Assembly (NCBI GenBank): GCA_963777155.1
Contig: CAVZPM010000038.1
Coordinates: 64,001-128,000 of the forward strand
DNA length: 64,000 nt
Source: Candidatus Bathyarchaeota archaeon
Lineage (GTDB): Archaea > Thermoproteota > Bathyarchaeia > Bathyarchaeales > Bathycorpusculaceae
Reading direction: 5' to 3'
Made by a program: the position numbers and the translations under genes. Below the pieces are notes generated by a model, which saw nothing but the letters and a program-made list of their open reading frames with translations, was not told the DNA's origin and did not search any database. Positions within the stretch are counted from its first letter, which is position 1; each line of letters begins with the position of its first letter. Positions 1 to 10,214 of the stretch are shown one piece after another.

Positions 1-271
1 CAGCTAATCCCCCAAACAAGAAGCCTAGCAAACCATGCCTAACTGTTTCAAGAACGATTATATGGAGAAACGCTAGGATCGCAAAAACAATCGCACTTAG
101 TACGCCCGCAACAAAACCAGCCATTGTGCCGCCTATAACGCCCCTTGCAATAAGCCCTGCGATTATTCCACCCAATAAGGCACCTAAGATGTGGCCTACA
201 CCGGGAAAGATTACTCCAAGAATCATTGTAACCACGAAACCTAACAGTGCACCTAAACCGATGTTGACCAT
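1..271 (-). CDS. Gly-rich membrane protein (DUF5518-like), runs off the left edge
   Basis: Manual translation MVNIGLGALLGFVVTMILGVIFPGVGHILGALLGGIIAGLIARG...; hydrophobic GxxxG helices; no stop before position 1. Confidence 0.65.
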   Translation of the reverse strand, partial: MVNIGLGALLGFVVTMILGVIFPGVGHILGALLGGIIAGLIARGVIGGTMAGFVAGVLSAIVFAILAFLHIIVLETVRHGLLGFLFGGLA

Positions 272-321
272 TTTTTCTTCATTTATTGGTTGATTACAAA
301 AAAGAAGATAAAGGTTTGTTT

Positions 322-1020
322 TTAGCGTGCCCTTGCATTGCGTACTTTGGGTTCAAGCAGCGTCCAGAGCCATTCAGTGAATTCTTGCATGTTCTTAGTT
401 TGAATGTGGACGTCACCGGGTCCCGTGATTTGGGTAACTAAGCCTTCGCCGCTAAGCAGGGTTTCTTTTAATCCACCCAATCTTGTGACTTTGTAACTGC
501 AAGATTCGCTAAAACCTACGAGATGAAAGTTGTCAACGATCAAGGTTTGCCCTGGTCTAAGGGTATGAGTGTCGATAGCACCAAACGTATTGATGAACAT
601 CTGTCCGCTGCCTATGGCTTTAAGCATAAACAAACCTTGCCCAAACAAGCCTTTGGTGAATCCTTCCCACTTAACATCCAAATCAATACCCGATGTAGAT
701 GCCACGTAAGCAGATTTCTGGATGACATAGCCACTGCCAGGGGCAATATCCAATTGCTTGATGTCACCCACTGGCGCCGCAACAAATGCTACTTCTGCTG
801 GACCGCTTGTGGCGGTGTAGTCGTTGACCCAAAACGATTGCCCACCGATTAGGCTCAAGCCTAACGTTCCAAGAAGACTTTTTTCTCGTTTACGTGTGTG
901 GACTTCGATGGCTGGGTCCATGTAAGTCATAGCGCCTGATTCAGCGGTGATTGTTTCACCTTGCTCAAGCGTAGCAACTAACATCGCGTATGAAGGTTTA
1001 TACTTAACTTCAAACTTCAA
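322..1020 (-). CDS. AIM24 / TIGR00266 family protein
   Basis: AESGAM, GGQSFWVN, GQGLF, SGEGLV and GPGxVxIQT motifs typical of AIM24. Confidence 0.9.
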   Translation of the reverse strand: MKFEVKYKPSYAMLVATLEQGETITAESGAMTYMDPAIEVHTRKREKSLLGTLGLSLIGGQSFWVNDYTATSGPAEVAFVAAPVGDIKQLDIAPGSGYVIQKSAYVASTSGIDLDVKWEGFTKGLFGQGLFMLKAIGSGQMFINTFGAIDTHTLRPGQTLIVDNFHLVGFSESCSYKVTRLGGLKETLLSGEGLVTQITGPGDVHIQTKNMQEFTEWLWTLLEPKVRNARAR

Positions 1021-1115
1021 GTTATTCTTCTCCTAACATGCGTTACTTATAAAAGACGGTTACGTAGACCTTCTTAATAAAAATTTAAAGCTTCAAAGCC
1101 TAATAGGGTCAGCAA

Positions 1116-1808
1116 ATGGAAACCTCTGTCGTAGTAATCTTAAAGAAGACTTTCAGTTTAGCATTAGTCTTCAACGCACTCATAACAATAGCTGCCGTTG
1201 CAGGAATCATATTTGGCTACTACAGGTCTTATCCATACTGGCAGCCTTATACGCCATGGTTAATCAACGGCAACCTATTTTGGTTTGCAATCGCAGCCGC
1301 AATAATCAACATCTTCCCGAGCGCAGCCATCGGCAGAGCCTTGCACACAGGGCGTTTCCTGTTTCACCACTACGTTTACGGCTTCTTTGTATTGATTTCC
1401 TCTTCAGCGTTTATCACCGTCTTTACGCCTATTCCGTTACCTAGCCTGTTTCTTGTGGAATCTAACAGTGTAGCGGTCAATGCTGGACGAGTCTTTGAGT
1501 TAGCGGGTTTAACCTTGCTATTGGATGATTTGCCTGATGTCAGTAAGAAGGTTGAAAGAGGTTTAAACTGGATTAAGACAAAGGCGTACAAAGTGCGAAA
1601 GAGCCTCCATGTTTTTCAATTCGCCACTGGTTGTTTTGCCTTCTACTGCGGCTTTTCCATTCTACTCGATACAATTGGAAATAGCGATCGTGCTCTGCCG
1701 AACTCTTTTGCTATCGTCAGCCTGCTGTTAACTGGCGTTACTTCTTTTGCTTGTGTAAAGAGAAAATCGTGGCTTAAGATTACACCGCCTCAGTCAGAAC
1801 AACTTTAG
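1116..1808 (+). CDS. hypothetical multi-pass membrane protein
   Basis: 230 aa, about 6 hydrophobic segments, HHYxYG and LLDDLPD motifs. Confidence 0.75.
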   Translation: METSVVVILKKTFSLALVFNALITIAAVAGIIFGYYRSYPYWQPYTPWLINGNLFWFAIAAAIINIFPSAAIGRALHTGRFLFHHYVYGFFVLISSSAFITVFTPIPLPSLFLVESNSVAVNAGRVFELAGLTLLLDDLPDVSKKVERGLNWIKTKAYKVRKSLHVFQFATGCFAFYCGFSILLDTIGNSDRALPNSFAIVSLLLTGVTSFACVKRKSWLKITPPQSEQL

Positions 1809-2521
1809 CCTTTTTGGTTGATGATTTCTTTTCCGATGGCTTCAAGCTGTTCCCGTGAAAAATTAGATGAACTCCTGTATGTTGTGAGGTGTATTAGCAG
1901 TTGGGGAAGTCTCAGGACAGTCACGGTCGGGTTATTGATTTTGATTGAAGCATGCTTGTTTGTGAACACTACAACCCCTTCAACCCAGACGCTTAATTGT
2001 CTTAGGTTGGGTGAATTCTGGATCAATTGTTGGATTTTTTGCAGCGTTCCGCTTTACCCGCCGGCTTGGGCTACCTGAAAAATTTCGTTTGCCTGCTCTC
2101 TGCCATTCGTCGCCGTTGCAGACGATATTGCCGCTCCAGTTCTTTGTCTCTAAAACGAAAACACCGCTGGGCCCTAAAACGATGTGGTCTATATCTCCGC
2201 CGCCGTCGCGCAGGTACAAGTCGTTTAAAAGATAATAATCGTCATTCAATGCGTGGGTTAAGAGTTTTGCGACTTGTTTTTCGCCTTGCCAGCCGCCATT
2301 ATAGATACGGTATTTGCGAAGGAAAAAAAGAAAACACCCAAGGGAAAAAGCAAGAAAACGAGTCCTACTTCCTCTAAAATCCCAATTTGAAAGGTTGATA
2401 AAACTCTATAGATCAAGATTGCGAAGGCAGCTGCAAACACGAAAGCACTGAGGGCTGCTTTGGAAAGGTTTTTTCGAACCTGATTCTTTAGGTAGTTGCT
2501 TGAACCTTTGAGTTTTCGCAT
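1805..2521 (-). CDS. membrane-anchored NERD (nuclease-related domain) protein, split by two frameshifts
   Basis: Three consecutive ORF pieces: N-terminal TM helices; GDIDHIVLGPSGVFVLETKNWSG (NERD signature); C-terminal VEGVVVF piece. Confidence 0.8.
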
Positions 2522-2699
2522 ATAATCAATTCTTTGGCATGTAACTATATTACCATATGGCAATCTAGCCGTAACTTGCATCACGATAATAAACCTAATA
2601 ATAGCTGCATACGTCGCAGTGTTAACAGTGCTGCTAATCTATAAAGCCAAAAACAAAGAAGAAAAACAGAAAGGAGTCTCAAAAAGAGACTAAAATGGC

Positions 2700-4109
2700 T
2701 TATTTTTTGTTTGTTAGGTATTCGTGCATGGCTTTGGCTGCGCGTTTACCTGCACCCATTGCGCTAATGACTGTGGCTGCGCCTGTTGCAACGTCTCCGC
2801 CTGCGTAAACTCCATCTAAGCTGGTTTTACCAACTTCGTTGACGCATATGGTACCGTGTTTTGCATCGCTTTGGAGACCGTCTGTGGTACGTTGGATAAT
2901 TGGGTTCGGTGTTTGTCCGATAGCGATTATGACTGTATCGACATCCATCGTAAATTCTGAGCCTGGAACTGTTTTGACACCTCGTCTGCCTTTTGCGTCT
3001 GGCTCCGTGAGTTCCATTGCGATGACTTTCATGCTTTTAACCCATCCTTTTTCGTCGCCGTAGAATTCTACTGGCGCCGCAAGGAATTTACAGACTAATC
3101 CTTCTTCCTCAGCATTCTCGATTTCTTCATGCCTTGCAGGTAGTTCATCACGCGAACGTCTGTAGAGTAAACATACTTCAGATCCAAGACGCATGCTACT
3201 TCTTGCGCAGTCCATAGCTACGTTTCCGCCACCGATCACAACTACGTGTTTGCCGATGCGTATTGGTGTATCGTATTCTGGGAACAGGTAGGCTTTCATG
3301 AGGTTAACGCGGATGAGGAATTCGTTGGCCGAGTAGATTCCGCCAAGGTTCTCTCCCTTACAACCAGTGAACTGTGGTAAGCCTGCACCGCTTCCGATGA
3401 AAACTGCCTCGTAACCGTTCTTCATCAGCTCAGGTATTGTGTGGATTCTACCGACCAAGTTGCCAAGACGCAAGTCAACACCAAGTTTCTGGACATAGTT
3501 GACTTCGTTTTGAACGATGGCTTTGGGCAGACGGAACTCTGGAATACCGTACATAAGCACTCCACCGCCTACATGCAACGCCTCAAACATGGTGATTTCG
3601 TGGCCAAGCTTAACGAGGTCGGCTGCAACGGTTAGTCCCGCTGGACCTGCACCGATAACTGCTACTTTTTTGCCTGTTGCCGGAGCTGTTGGTGGAAGTT
3701 GAGAACCATTGTCTCGTTCCCAATCTGCTAGAAAACGTTCTAAACGTCCGATGCTTACGGGTTCACCCATCTTACCAATGACACATTTTGCTTGGCATTG
3801 TACTTCTTGGGGGCAGACACGTCCGCAAACGGCTGGCAACGCGTTTTTTGCTTTAATGGCAGCTATGCCTTCGGCATACTTCTTTTCTCTGATGCATTTG
3901 ATGAATGTTGGAATTGGAACTTCCACTGGACATCCGTTCCGACATTGAGGATTGGGACAGCAAAGGCATCTGCTTGCTTCTTCTTGGGCTTCTGCTTCAG
4001 TGTATCCCAAAGCGACTTCACTGAAATTTTTGGCGCGAACCTTAGGCTCTTGTTTTGCCATTTCTACGGCTTTCTTGTTTAACTTTGGTTTAGGCTTTGT
4101 TTCTGCCAC
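2700..4109 (-). CDS. nfnB: NfnB/SudA (GltD-like large subunit of electron-bifurcating ferredoxin:NADP+ oxidoreductase)
   Basis: CLCCxxxxCxxGCP and CGRVCPQExQC FeS motifs, GAGPAG and GGGNVAMD dinucleotide motifs; GTG start after GGAGG; overlaps nfnA. Confidence 0.9.
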   Translation of the reverse strand: MAETKPKPKLNKKAVEMAKQEPKVRAKNFSEVALGYTEAEAQEEASRCLCCPNPQCRNGCPVEVPIPTFIKCIREKKYAEGIAAIKAKNALPAVCGRVCPQEVQCQAKCVIGKMGEPVSIGRLERFLADWERDNGSQLPPTAPATGKKVAVIGAGPAGLTVAADLVKLGHEITMFEALHVGGGVLMYGIPEFRLPKAIVQNEVNYVQKLGVDLRLGNLVGRIHTIPELMKNGYEAVFIGSGAGLPQFTGCKGENLGGIYSANEFLIRVNLMKAYLFPEYDTPIRIGKHVVVIGGGNVAMDCARSSMRLGSEVCLLYRRSRDELPARHEEIENAEEEGLVCKFLAAPVEFYGDEKGWVKSMKVIAMELTEPDAKGRRGVKTVPGSEFTMDVDTVIIAIGQTPNPIIQRTTDGLQSDAKHGTICVNEVGKTSLDGVYAGGDVATGAATVISAMGAGKRAAKAMHEYLTNKK

Positions 4110-4942
4110 ACTTACAACCTCCACTCATTTCTGACAATACTGAACTCAACCTTTCTTCAGGAAGCATCGTTCGTTGACGCAGTATTAACTCGTCAAAATC
4201 TGTTTTGTGACCGTCAAATTCTGGTCCATCCACACAACCGAACATCATTTTGCCATCAACTGTAACTCGGCATACCCCGCACATACCCATCCCATCAATC
4301 ATTATGGGCGTAAGTGTTACGATTGTAGGTATGTTGTAGGGCTTGGTTATTTCGCTGATGTCCTTCATAAGAATAACTGGACCCATGACTACACAACGAT
4401 CAAACTTTTCTGTCTTAAGCAATTCTTTCAGGAAATCTAAGCCTTTGTAGCCTTTTGACCCATCGTCGGTTGCAACGTAGACTTTTTCACTGAGCGCTTT
4501 AGCCTCGTTCTCCATCATAACGAATTCTTTGGTTCGGGCACCTAAAACTGTAGTTACTTTGTTCCCTGCTTCCTTCATAGCTTTAGCCTGTAATAGCAAT
4601 GGCGCAATCATTACGCTTCCGCCCACACAGAGTACCTTGCCAAAGTTTTTGACTTCTGATGGGTTGCCCAGCGGACCAGTAACATTGTCTATACATTCTC
4701 CTTGATTCAGCAAGCCCAAGTTTTTCGTGGTTTTGCCGACTTCATGGAAAGCAAAGGAAACCGTGCCCTTCACTGTGTCATATCCACAGATTGTTAAGGG
4801 TATACGTTCACCTGTTTTTCCATGAATTACTATTAGAAATTGACCAGCGTGCGATTGAACAGCAACGTCTGGTGCCTCAACTTCAAAGAGTTTGATCTTG
4901 GGAACTAATTCTTTTTTCGATACTATTTTGTACGTTTTGCAG
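4090..4942 (-). CDS. nfnA: NfnA/SudB small subunit (FAD, [2Fe-2S])
   Basis: Frame stays open upstream of the listed ORF (YKIVSKKELVP...AGQFLIV...GERIPLTI); DGxGMCGxCR and CVDGPEFDG motifs. Start uncertain: CTG after GGAGG is one base out of frame. Confidence 0.88.
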
Positions 4943-6149
4943 TCGCCTCCACAGCTACTTCACGTTTGGGTAAAGCACATATTTTCTTATAGAATTCATC
5001 GAGTTTTGTTTCGAAGTCGCCAGCGCATCTGGGTGATTCCTCGTAGAGTTCAAATCTATCAATCAAACCCAGCTTTTTAAGTGAAACTTGCAATGCAGCC
5101 ACGTTGCGTTCTGCTGCGCTTCTTCCTTCTTGAAGTTTACAGTCCTTTGAGGAGCAAACCACACCCATGACGCCGTCGAAGCCACAGTTTAACGCGTTTA
5201 TGATGTGGACAGGGTCGAGGGATTTAAAGCATGGAACTTCAAGAGCTAAGACATTTTTACCTTCGAACGCTTTATTCGGGTTATCTAATGCCGAAAACTC
5301 GGACCATTGACAGACGAATGCAAGAACTGCGGGTCCTTTGTTTTTTGCTTTTAATTGTGCGAGCGATTTGCCGTAGCGGTCAACTACGTCTTCGAACTCG
5401 AAGCCTTTCACCTGTATGGCATGGTGAGGACAAACCAGTTGGCATGCGCCGCAGCCAGTACATTTTTCTTCATTCACTTTTGGAGTTGCAAACGATTCAA
5501 ACTCAAGTGCACCGTATGGACAGATAAAGATACATTTGTCACATCCCACACAAGCTTGCACATCGTAAACGGCTTTGCGAGAAAATTTTATGACTTTGAC
5601 CGCGTTCTCGTCGTACCCTAATTGTTTCAAAACATTTTTCGCTAAAACGAGTCGCCGAGTGTTAATTTTTGTGCCTTCTTTATAGCGGCAGAATGGGTCT
5701 TCACATTGAATCGAAACAATGTTTTTTACACCAGAGTTTAAAGCATCAAAAACAAAGTCTGTTGGAACTCTTCCTGCACAGGGCAAACGCAACGCCATGT
5801 AGTTGTCAACCTTCAACCCTTGCGCTTTAAGGATGTCTTGAACTTCACCTGTTGAAGGTGAGTTTCCTCGGCACATTAAAACAAGGGTTTCAGCTGCAGT
5901 TTTGGACTTTTCTTGGGCCTTTTTAAGGTAGTCAGAAAGTTTGTCATAGGTGTAATATTGCATTTTTATGGCTGCAGATGGACAAGCACTGTAGCATATT
6001 CCACAAACTTGGCAGTCCTGGCTGTTGACTTCAACTTTGCCCGTTGAATCCGCTTTTATAGCTTCATACGGACAGATAGATTTGCAGACGTAACATCGAC
6101 TGCATAGGTCTTGATCGATTTCCACTACAGCAAGACATTTTTCACTCAT
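4923..6149 (-). CDS. tandem (2x[4Fe-4S] ferredoxin + MvhD/FlpD-like [2Fe-2S]) duplicated protein
   Basis: Four CxxCxxCxxxCP motifs in two pairs, each followed by an MvhD-like domain (LMC..PCAGRV..IQC..CRYKEG; FVC..VPC..GFDGV..VC..CKLQEG). Confidence 0.85.
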   Translation of the reverse strand: MSEKCLAVVEIDQDLCSRCYVCKSICPYEAIKADSTGKVEVNSQDCQVCGICYSACPSAAIKMQYYTYDKLSDYLKKAQEKSKTAAETLVLMCRGNSPSTGEVQDILKAQGLKVDNYMALRLPCAGRVPTDFVFDALNSGVKNIVSIQCEDPFCRYKEGTKINTRRLVLAKNVLKQLGYDENAVKVIKFSRKAVYDVQACVGCDKCIFICPYGALEFESFATPKVNEEKCTGCGACQLVCPHHAIQVKGFEFEDVVDRYGKSLAQLKAKNKGPAVLAFVCQWSEFSALDNPNKAFEGKNVLALEVPCFKSLDPVHIINALNCGFDGVMGVVCSSKDCKLQEGRSAAERNVAALQVSLKKLGLIDRFELYEESPRCAGDFETKLDEFYKKICALPKREVAVEATAKRTK

Positions 6150-6252
6150 TTGTAAACCTCATTTCACTCGTTTTAAACCTAATATCGCTTTGGCAGAGCT
6201 TAAGCTGATTGAAAACATGAAAAGAGTTTAAGAATATTATAATCCTTTCTCT

Positions 6253-7185
6253 CTATTTTCTGTAATATGGTCGTCTAATGTAACTGTAAGCTTCCAAAGC
6301 CGCAGTTATGCCTTGACCCACAGCAGTACCCACCTGCTTTATCGGTTGATCTGTAACGTCACCTGCCGCGAACACTCCAGGCAAGTTGGTTTCCTGCCGT
6401 ACGTTGACTTTGATGTAGCCATGCTCGTTTATGTCTACACCTGCAGTTTTAGCAAGTTGGCTGTTTGGCGCCTCTCCAATCTGAACAAAAACTGCGTCAA
6501 CAGCTACCTCGTTTGTTTCTTTAGTCATGTTATCGAATAATGTTACTGTTCTGACTTGTTTGTCTCCTTTGATTTCTTGGATTTCGGTGTTCCACATTAT
6601 GCTGACGTTACTTTTTGTCGAAATATCCGAAACCAAACTCGCTTCTGCACGGAAGGCTTCCCGCCTGTGGATAACAAAAACCTGAGACGCCAAACCTGAA
6701 AGATAAAGTGTTGTGACACATGCGGTGTTTCCTCCGCCAACAACAAGGACTCGTTTGCCCTTAAAGAATGGCCCATCGCATACTCCACAATAACTTACTC
6801 CTTTGCCTTTGAATTCGGTTTCGCCTTTAACGCCAAGCTCCCTATAATGTGAGCCTGTGGAGTAGATGACGGCTTTGGTTTGGTATGCGGCGCTGGAGGT
6901 CTTCACGGTCTTTGCTTCGCCTGCGAGATCAAGTCCAGTAACAGGTTCAATGTCATGGATAGTTGCCCCCACTGTTCTAGCATGGGATGTCATTTTTTCC
7001 GAGAGTTCGCCACCGCTTATCTCAGCAAAACCAGGGTAATTAACGACTTTTGAAGCGTCAGAGATTGCGCCGCCAGCAAATTTTTCGTCTAAGATAAGTG
7101 TCTTCAAGCCACTTCGAACTGCGTAAATGCCAGCCGCTAAACCAGCAGAGCCAGCGCCAATAATTATAACATCCCAGTTCTCCAT
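6253..7185 (-). CDS. trxB: thioredoxin reductase
   Basis: GAGSAG, GVSYCGVCDG active site, GGGNTA, GVFAAGD. Confidence 0.93.
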   Translation of the reverse strand: MENWDVIIIGAGSAGLAAGIYAVRSGLKTLILDEKFAGGAISDASKVVNYPGFAEISGGELSEKMTSHARTVGATIHDIEPVTGLDLAGEAKTVKTSSAAYQTKAVIYSTGSHYRELGVKGETEFKGKGVSYCGVCDGPFFKGKRVLVVGGGNTACVTTLYLSGLASQVFVIHRREAFRAEASLVSDISTKSNVSIMWNTEIQEIKGDKQVRTVTLFDNMTKETNEVAVDAVFVQIGEAPNSQLAKTAGVDINEHGYIKVNVRQETNLPGVFAAGDVTDQPIKQVGTAVGQGITAALEAYSYIRRPYYRK

Positions 7186-7310
7186 AATATACAACTCTTT
7201 ACGGTAAATACTGAGCATGACAGGTTATAAAATTGTTCGATTTGCCTGAACTCCAATAAACTGATAAGTACCTATTGATTTAGTTTCTAATAGCTTTTTG
7301 AGGTTTGATT

Positions 7311-9071
7311 ATGGCGAAATACAGGTGCACAGTCTGCAACTACGTTTATGACGATGCGAAAGAAAAAGTGAATTTTGCTGATTTACCAAAAGAATGGGTA
7401 TGTCCGGTTTGCGGAGCGCCCAAGTCAGTCTTTGTGCTTCTTGCGGAGAAATCCGAGGAGAAAAAAGTAATTGACCATACGGTTTCTGAAGTTCTGATTA
7501 ACCAAATTGCTGCTTGGGGTGTGCAGTACGTTTTCGGTATTCCCGGAACATCAACATTGGGTATTGTGGATGCCATACGCAAAACTAACGGCAAAGTCAG
7601 GTATATACAGGTGCGCCATGAAGAAACTGCGGCGTTTATGGCTTCAGCTTACGGCAAGTTAACTGGGCATGTTGCGGCTTGCCTCGGAATTTCTGGTCCA
7701 GGGGCAACCAACCTTGTGACTGGCCTGTACGATGCGCAACTGGATCATTCCCCCGTTTTAGCCTTGACAGGCATGGTTGCTCGCAAACAGATAGGCCAAG
7801 GCGCAATACAAGAAATTGACCATCAAGCATTCTTTGAGCCCTTAACAGTCTACAACAAAACTCTGATGACAGAAGAACAAACCACAAGCATCACAACTTT
7901 GGCGATTAAACATGCACTTCTAGATCAAGGTGTGGCGCACATCGGAATTCCCAACGATGTCCAAAAGTTGCCATATAAAGCTGAGATTTTGCCGTTTGAG
8001 GGCAGAATGCCTAACATGGCGTATGGGCAGGAAGAGGGGGTGATCGAGAAGGCAGCAAAAGTTATCGATTCAGCGAGTAGACCGGTAATTTTAGTAGGGT
8101 TTGGCGCAAGAGGACAAGGTAACAAACTGTTGAAGCTCGCGTCGAAGATTGGTGCGCCAATTATGGCTACTTTTAGGGCCAAAGGTGTCGTTGACGAAAA
8201 CGAGACGCTCTATGTTGGTTGTCATGGCGGTGTAGGTTCAACTGCGGCAGGTGAACTCATGACAAAATCAGATTTGCTCATTGCGATTGGCTCGTCGTTT
8301 TCGGATTTGTCGCTGATACCTCAGAAACGTACGGTGCAAATTGACATTAATCCATTGATGATTGCCCGTAGGTACCCAGTTGAAGTCGCCTTGCTGGGCA
8401 ACAGCGCCGTTCTGATTCCGAAACTGACAGAGAACGTCGCACAAAAACAAAACACAGATTACTTAAATGAAGTTGCAAGATTAAAACAAGCTTGGGCGGA
8501 ACAACTAGAAAAAGAAACAAACCCAACCACCAAGCCAATCAGACCACAATACATAATGAAGGTATTAAACCAAAAAATCGCCGATAATGCAGTCATTTCG
8601 CTAGATGTTGGCGAGAACTGCTGGTGGTTTGGTAGAAACTTCCGCATGAAGAAAACGCAAAAAATGGTCATGAGCGGCGGTTTAGCGACAATGGGCTTTG
8701 GTTTGCCAGGAGCATTGGCTGCAGCGCTGGCTTACCCTGAAAGGCAGATTGTGTGTTTAACAGGCGATGGCGGCTTAACTATGGTTTTAGGCGACTTCTT
8801 AACTGCCCTCAAATATAATTTGCCAATCAAAGTGTTTGTAATAAACAACAAGCGGCTTGGAATGATTATGCAAGAGCAGAAAGTAGAGGGCTACGAGAGT
8901 TGGCAAACTGACTTATTCGATTACAGCTTCGCTGACTTCGCTGAACATTCGGGGGGCATGGGTATCAAAGTCACTGAGCCAAGTGAGCTTGAGGCAGCAG
9001 TTGACAAAGCACTCAAATCTACTAAAGCCACAATCGTTGACATAGATACTGACCCGAGAAGGTTTCTGTGA
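7311..9071 (+). CDS. rubredoxin fused to a ThDP-dependent pyruvate oxidase-like enzyme
   Basis: N-terminal CTVCNYVYD...[13 protein letters not shown]; [23 protein letters not shown]...NN ThDP motif. Confidence 0.88.
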   Translation: MAKYRCTVCNYVYDDAKEKVNFADLPKEWVCPVCGAPKSVFVLLAEKSEEKKVIDHTVSEVLINQIAAWGVQYVFGIPGTSTLGIVDAIRKTNGKVRYIQVRHEETAAFMASAYGKLTGHVAACLGISGPGATNLVTGLYDAQLDHSPVLALTGMVARKQIGQGAIQEIDHQAFFEPLTVYNKTLMTEEQTTSITTLAIKHALLDQGVAHIGIPNDVQKLPYKAEILPFEGRMPNMAYGQEEGVIEKAAKVIDSASRPVILVGFGARGQGNKLLKLASKIGAPIMATFRAKGVVDENETLYVGCHGGVGSTAAGELMTKSDLLIAIGSSFSDLSLIPQKRTVQIDINPLMIARRYPVEVALLGNSAVLIPKLTENVAQKQNTDYLNEVARLKQAWAEQLEKETNPTTKPIRPQYIMKVLNQKIADNAVISLDVGENCWWFGRNFRMKKTQKMVMSGGLATMGFGLPGALAAALAYPERQIVCLTGDGGLTMVLGDFLTALKYNLPIKVFVINNKRLGMIMQEQKVEGYESWQTDLFDYSFADFAEHSGGMGIKVTEPSELEAAVDKALKSTKATIVDIDTDPRRFL

Positions 9072-9080
9072 GGTGAAAAT

Positions 9081-9494
9081 GTGAGTGAAAAACAAGGATT
9101 AACGCTTGCATTTGTAATTTCACTAGTCGGAGCGTTAATTGTTCTTATCTTTAGCTTGGCAAATTTGGTGTGGTTTGGTTCCAATGCGCCAAATTGGGGA
9201 GGATTTGGCGACTACATGCGTAATATGATGGGTGGCTACCACAACTTCATGGGCAGCTATAGCAGCTCAACGGGTTTCTTCACGGCGATTTCAATTGTTA
9301 GCTTTGTTTGCGGAGTTATCATGCTAATGAGTGCGCTTGTTTTGAGGATTCATCCGCAGGAACATTTTCTGTGGGGAATAGTCATCGTTGTGTTTTCCGC
9401 CATAAGTTTCGTTGGCATGGGTGGATACTTTGTCGGTGCAACTTTCGGCATAGTTGGAGGAGTACTTGCCTTAACCTACAAACCACTAATATAG
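9081..9494 (+). CDS. small membrane protein with Met/Gly-rich loop
   Basis: 4 hydrophobic helices, NMMGGYHNFMG loop, GGTGA SD-like site 5' of the GTG. Confidence 0.75.
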   Translation: MSEKQGLTLAFVISLVGALIVLIFSLANLVWFGSNAPNWGGFGDYMRNMMGGYHNFMGSYSSSTGFFTAISIVSFVCGVIMLMSALVLRIHPQEHFLWGIVIVVFSAISFVGMGGYFVGATFGIVGGVLALTYKPLI

Positions 9495-9953
9495 TTAAAG
9501 CGCCGAATCTCGCTAAAGGTGTGCCAATCTATTTGGTAGATTATCTGGAATGTTTGTTGTCTGAAAGAAGAAGAATTTTTTCGCAAGAGCGTTTTTTCTT
9601 CTTCTTTCATGTTAGACGTTGTTTTGATTTCTGATCATGCCTTTTCTGTGTTTGTTTAGTGGAAGAACAAAAACAACATAATTTCCAGAAATCGATCAGT
9701 TGTTGTTCTTTAAGCTTTAGTTTATACATAATTTGTGTGCAGAATGTGCGAAAAGGCTATGAAAGGTGAGCTTTTCTTGCGGTAGCTAACTGAGCCAGAA
9801 AGTAATAAATCTAAATTATTAAATTGAAAATAGATAGACACAAAATAATGCATACCGCTCAGATTCAATATAGCAATGTACATAATCTGTTGAGGGATAT
9901 TTGGAAAGCGCCAAGAAAAGAGGCTGCTTTTGGCTTTTTCCAAACCAAAAATG

Positions 9954-10214
9954 TTAACTTTTCGTCTTAGATATGGTTTTAATCGTTTTTTCCGCTGTTG
10001 ACGCACTAAAGAGGAGATCGTCTATGGTCGCCGTGAAGGTGGCAAGTTTACAATCACAATCAATCTCGGTGATTACCTTGTTATTATCACGAGTTGTCTT
10101 CACTTTCAACCCAATTGGGGTTTTAAAGTTGTCAGGTGAAACCGCTTCGGCAACCGCTTGCGCCGTTTTCTTATCTTTATACTCAAGCGTGACTGTTGCC
10201 TGCAAGTTTTTCAC
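9954..10214 (-). CDS. pcc1: KEOPS subunit Pcc1
   Basis: AVSPDN...TIDDLL pattern; canonical position after rps15 and the DHH gene. Confidence 0.85.
   Translation of the reverse strand: MKNLQATVTLEYKDKKTAQAVAEAVSPDNFKTPIGLKVKTTRDNNKVITEIDCDCKLATFTATIDDLLFSASTAEKTIKTISKTKS

Noticed and set aside
1805-2521. NERD protein as part of a defence system or mobile element
   Set aside because: Stand-alone membrane-anchored NERD with no helicase, methylase, integrase or other partner nearby
2700-4109. Glutamate synthase (gltD) call
   Set aside because: No gltB-like large subunit nearby; pairing with the nfnA-type gene indicates NfnB/SudA
4923-6149. HdrA fragment
   Set aside because: No FAD-binding GxGxxG domain; ORF is complete with its own GAGG SD and start
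9495-9953. AT-rich gap with short ORFs (9308-9634, 9722-10006 and a 44-aa minus-strand ORF)
   Set aside because: No motifs, overlap with real genes, and no recognisable RNA structure or origin repeats
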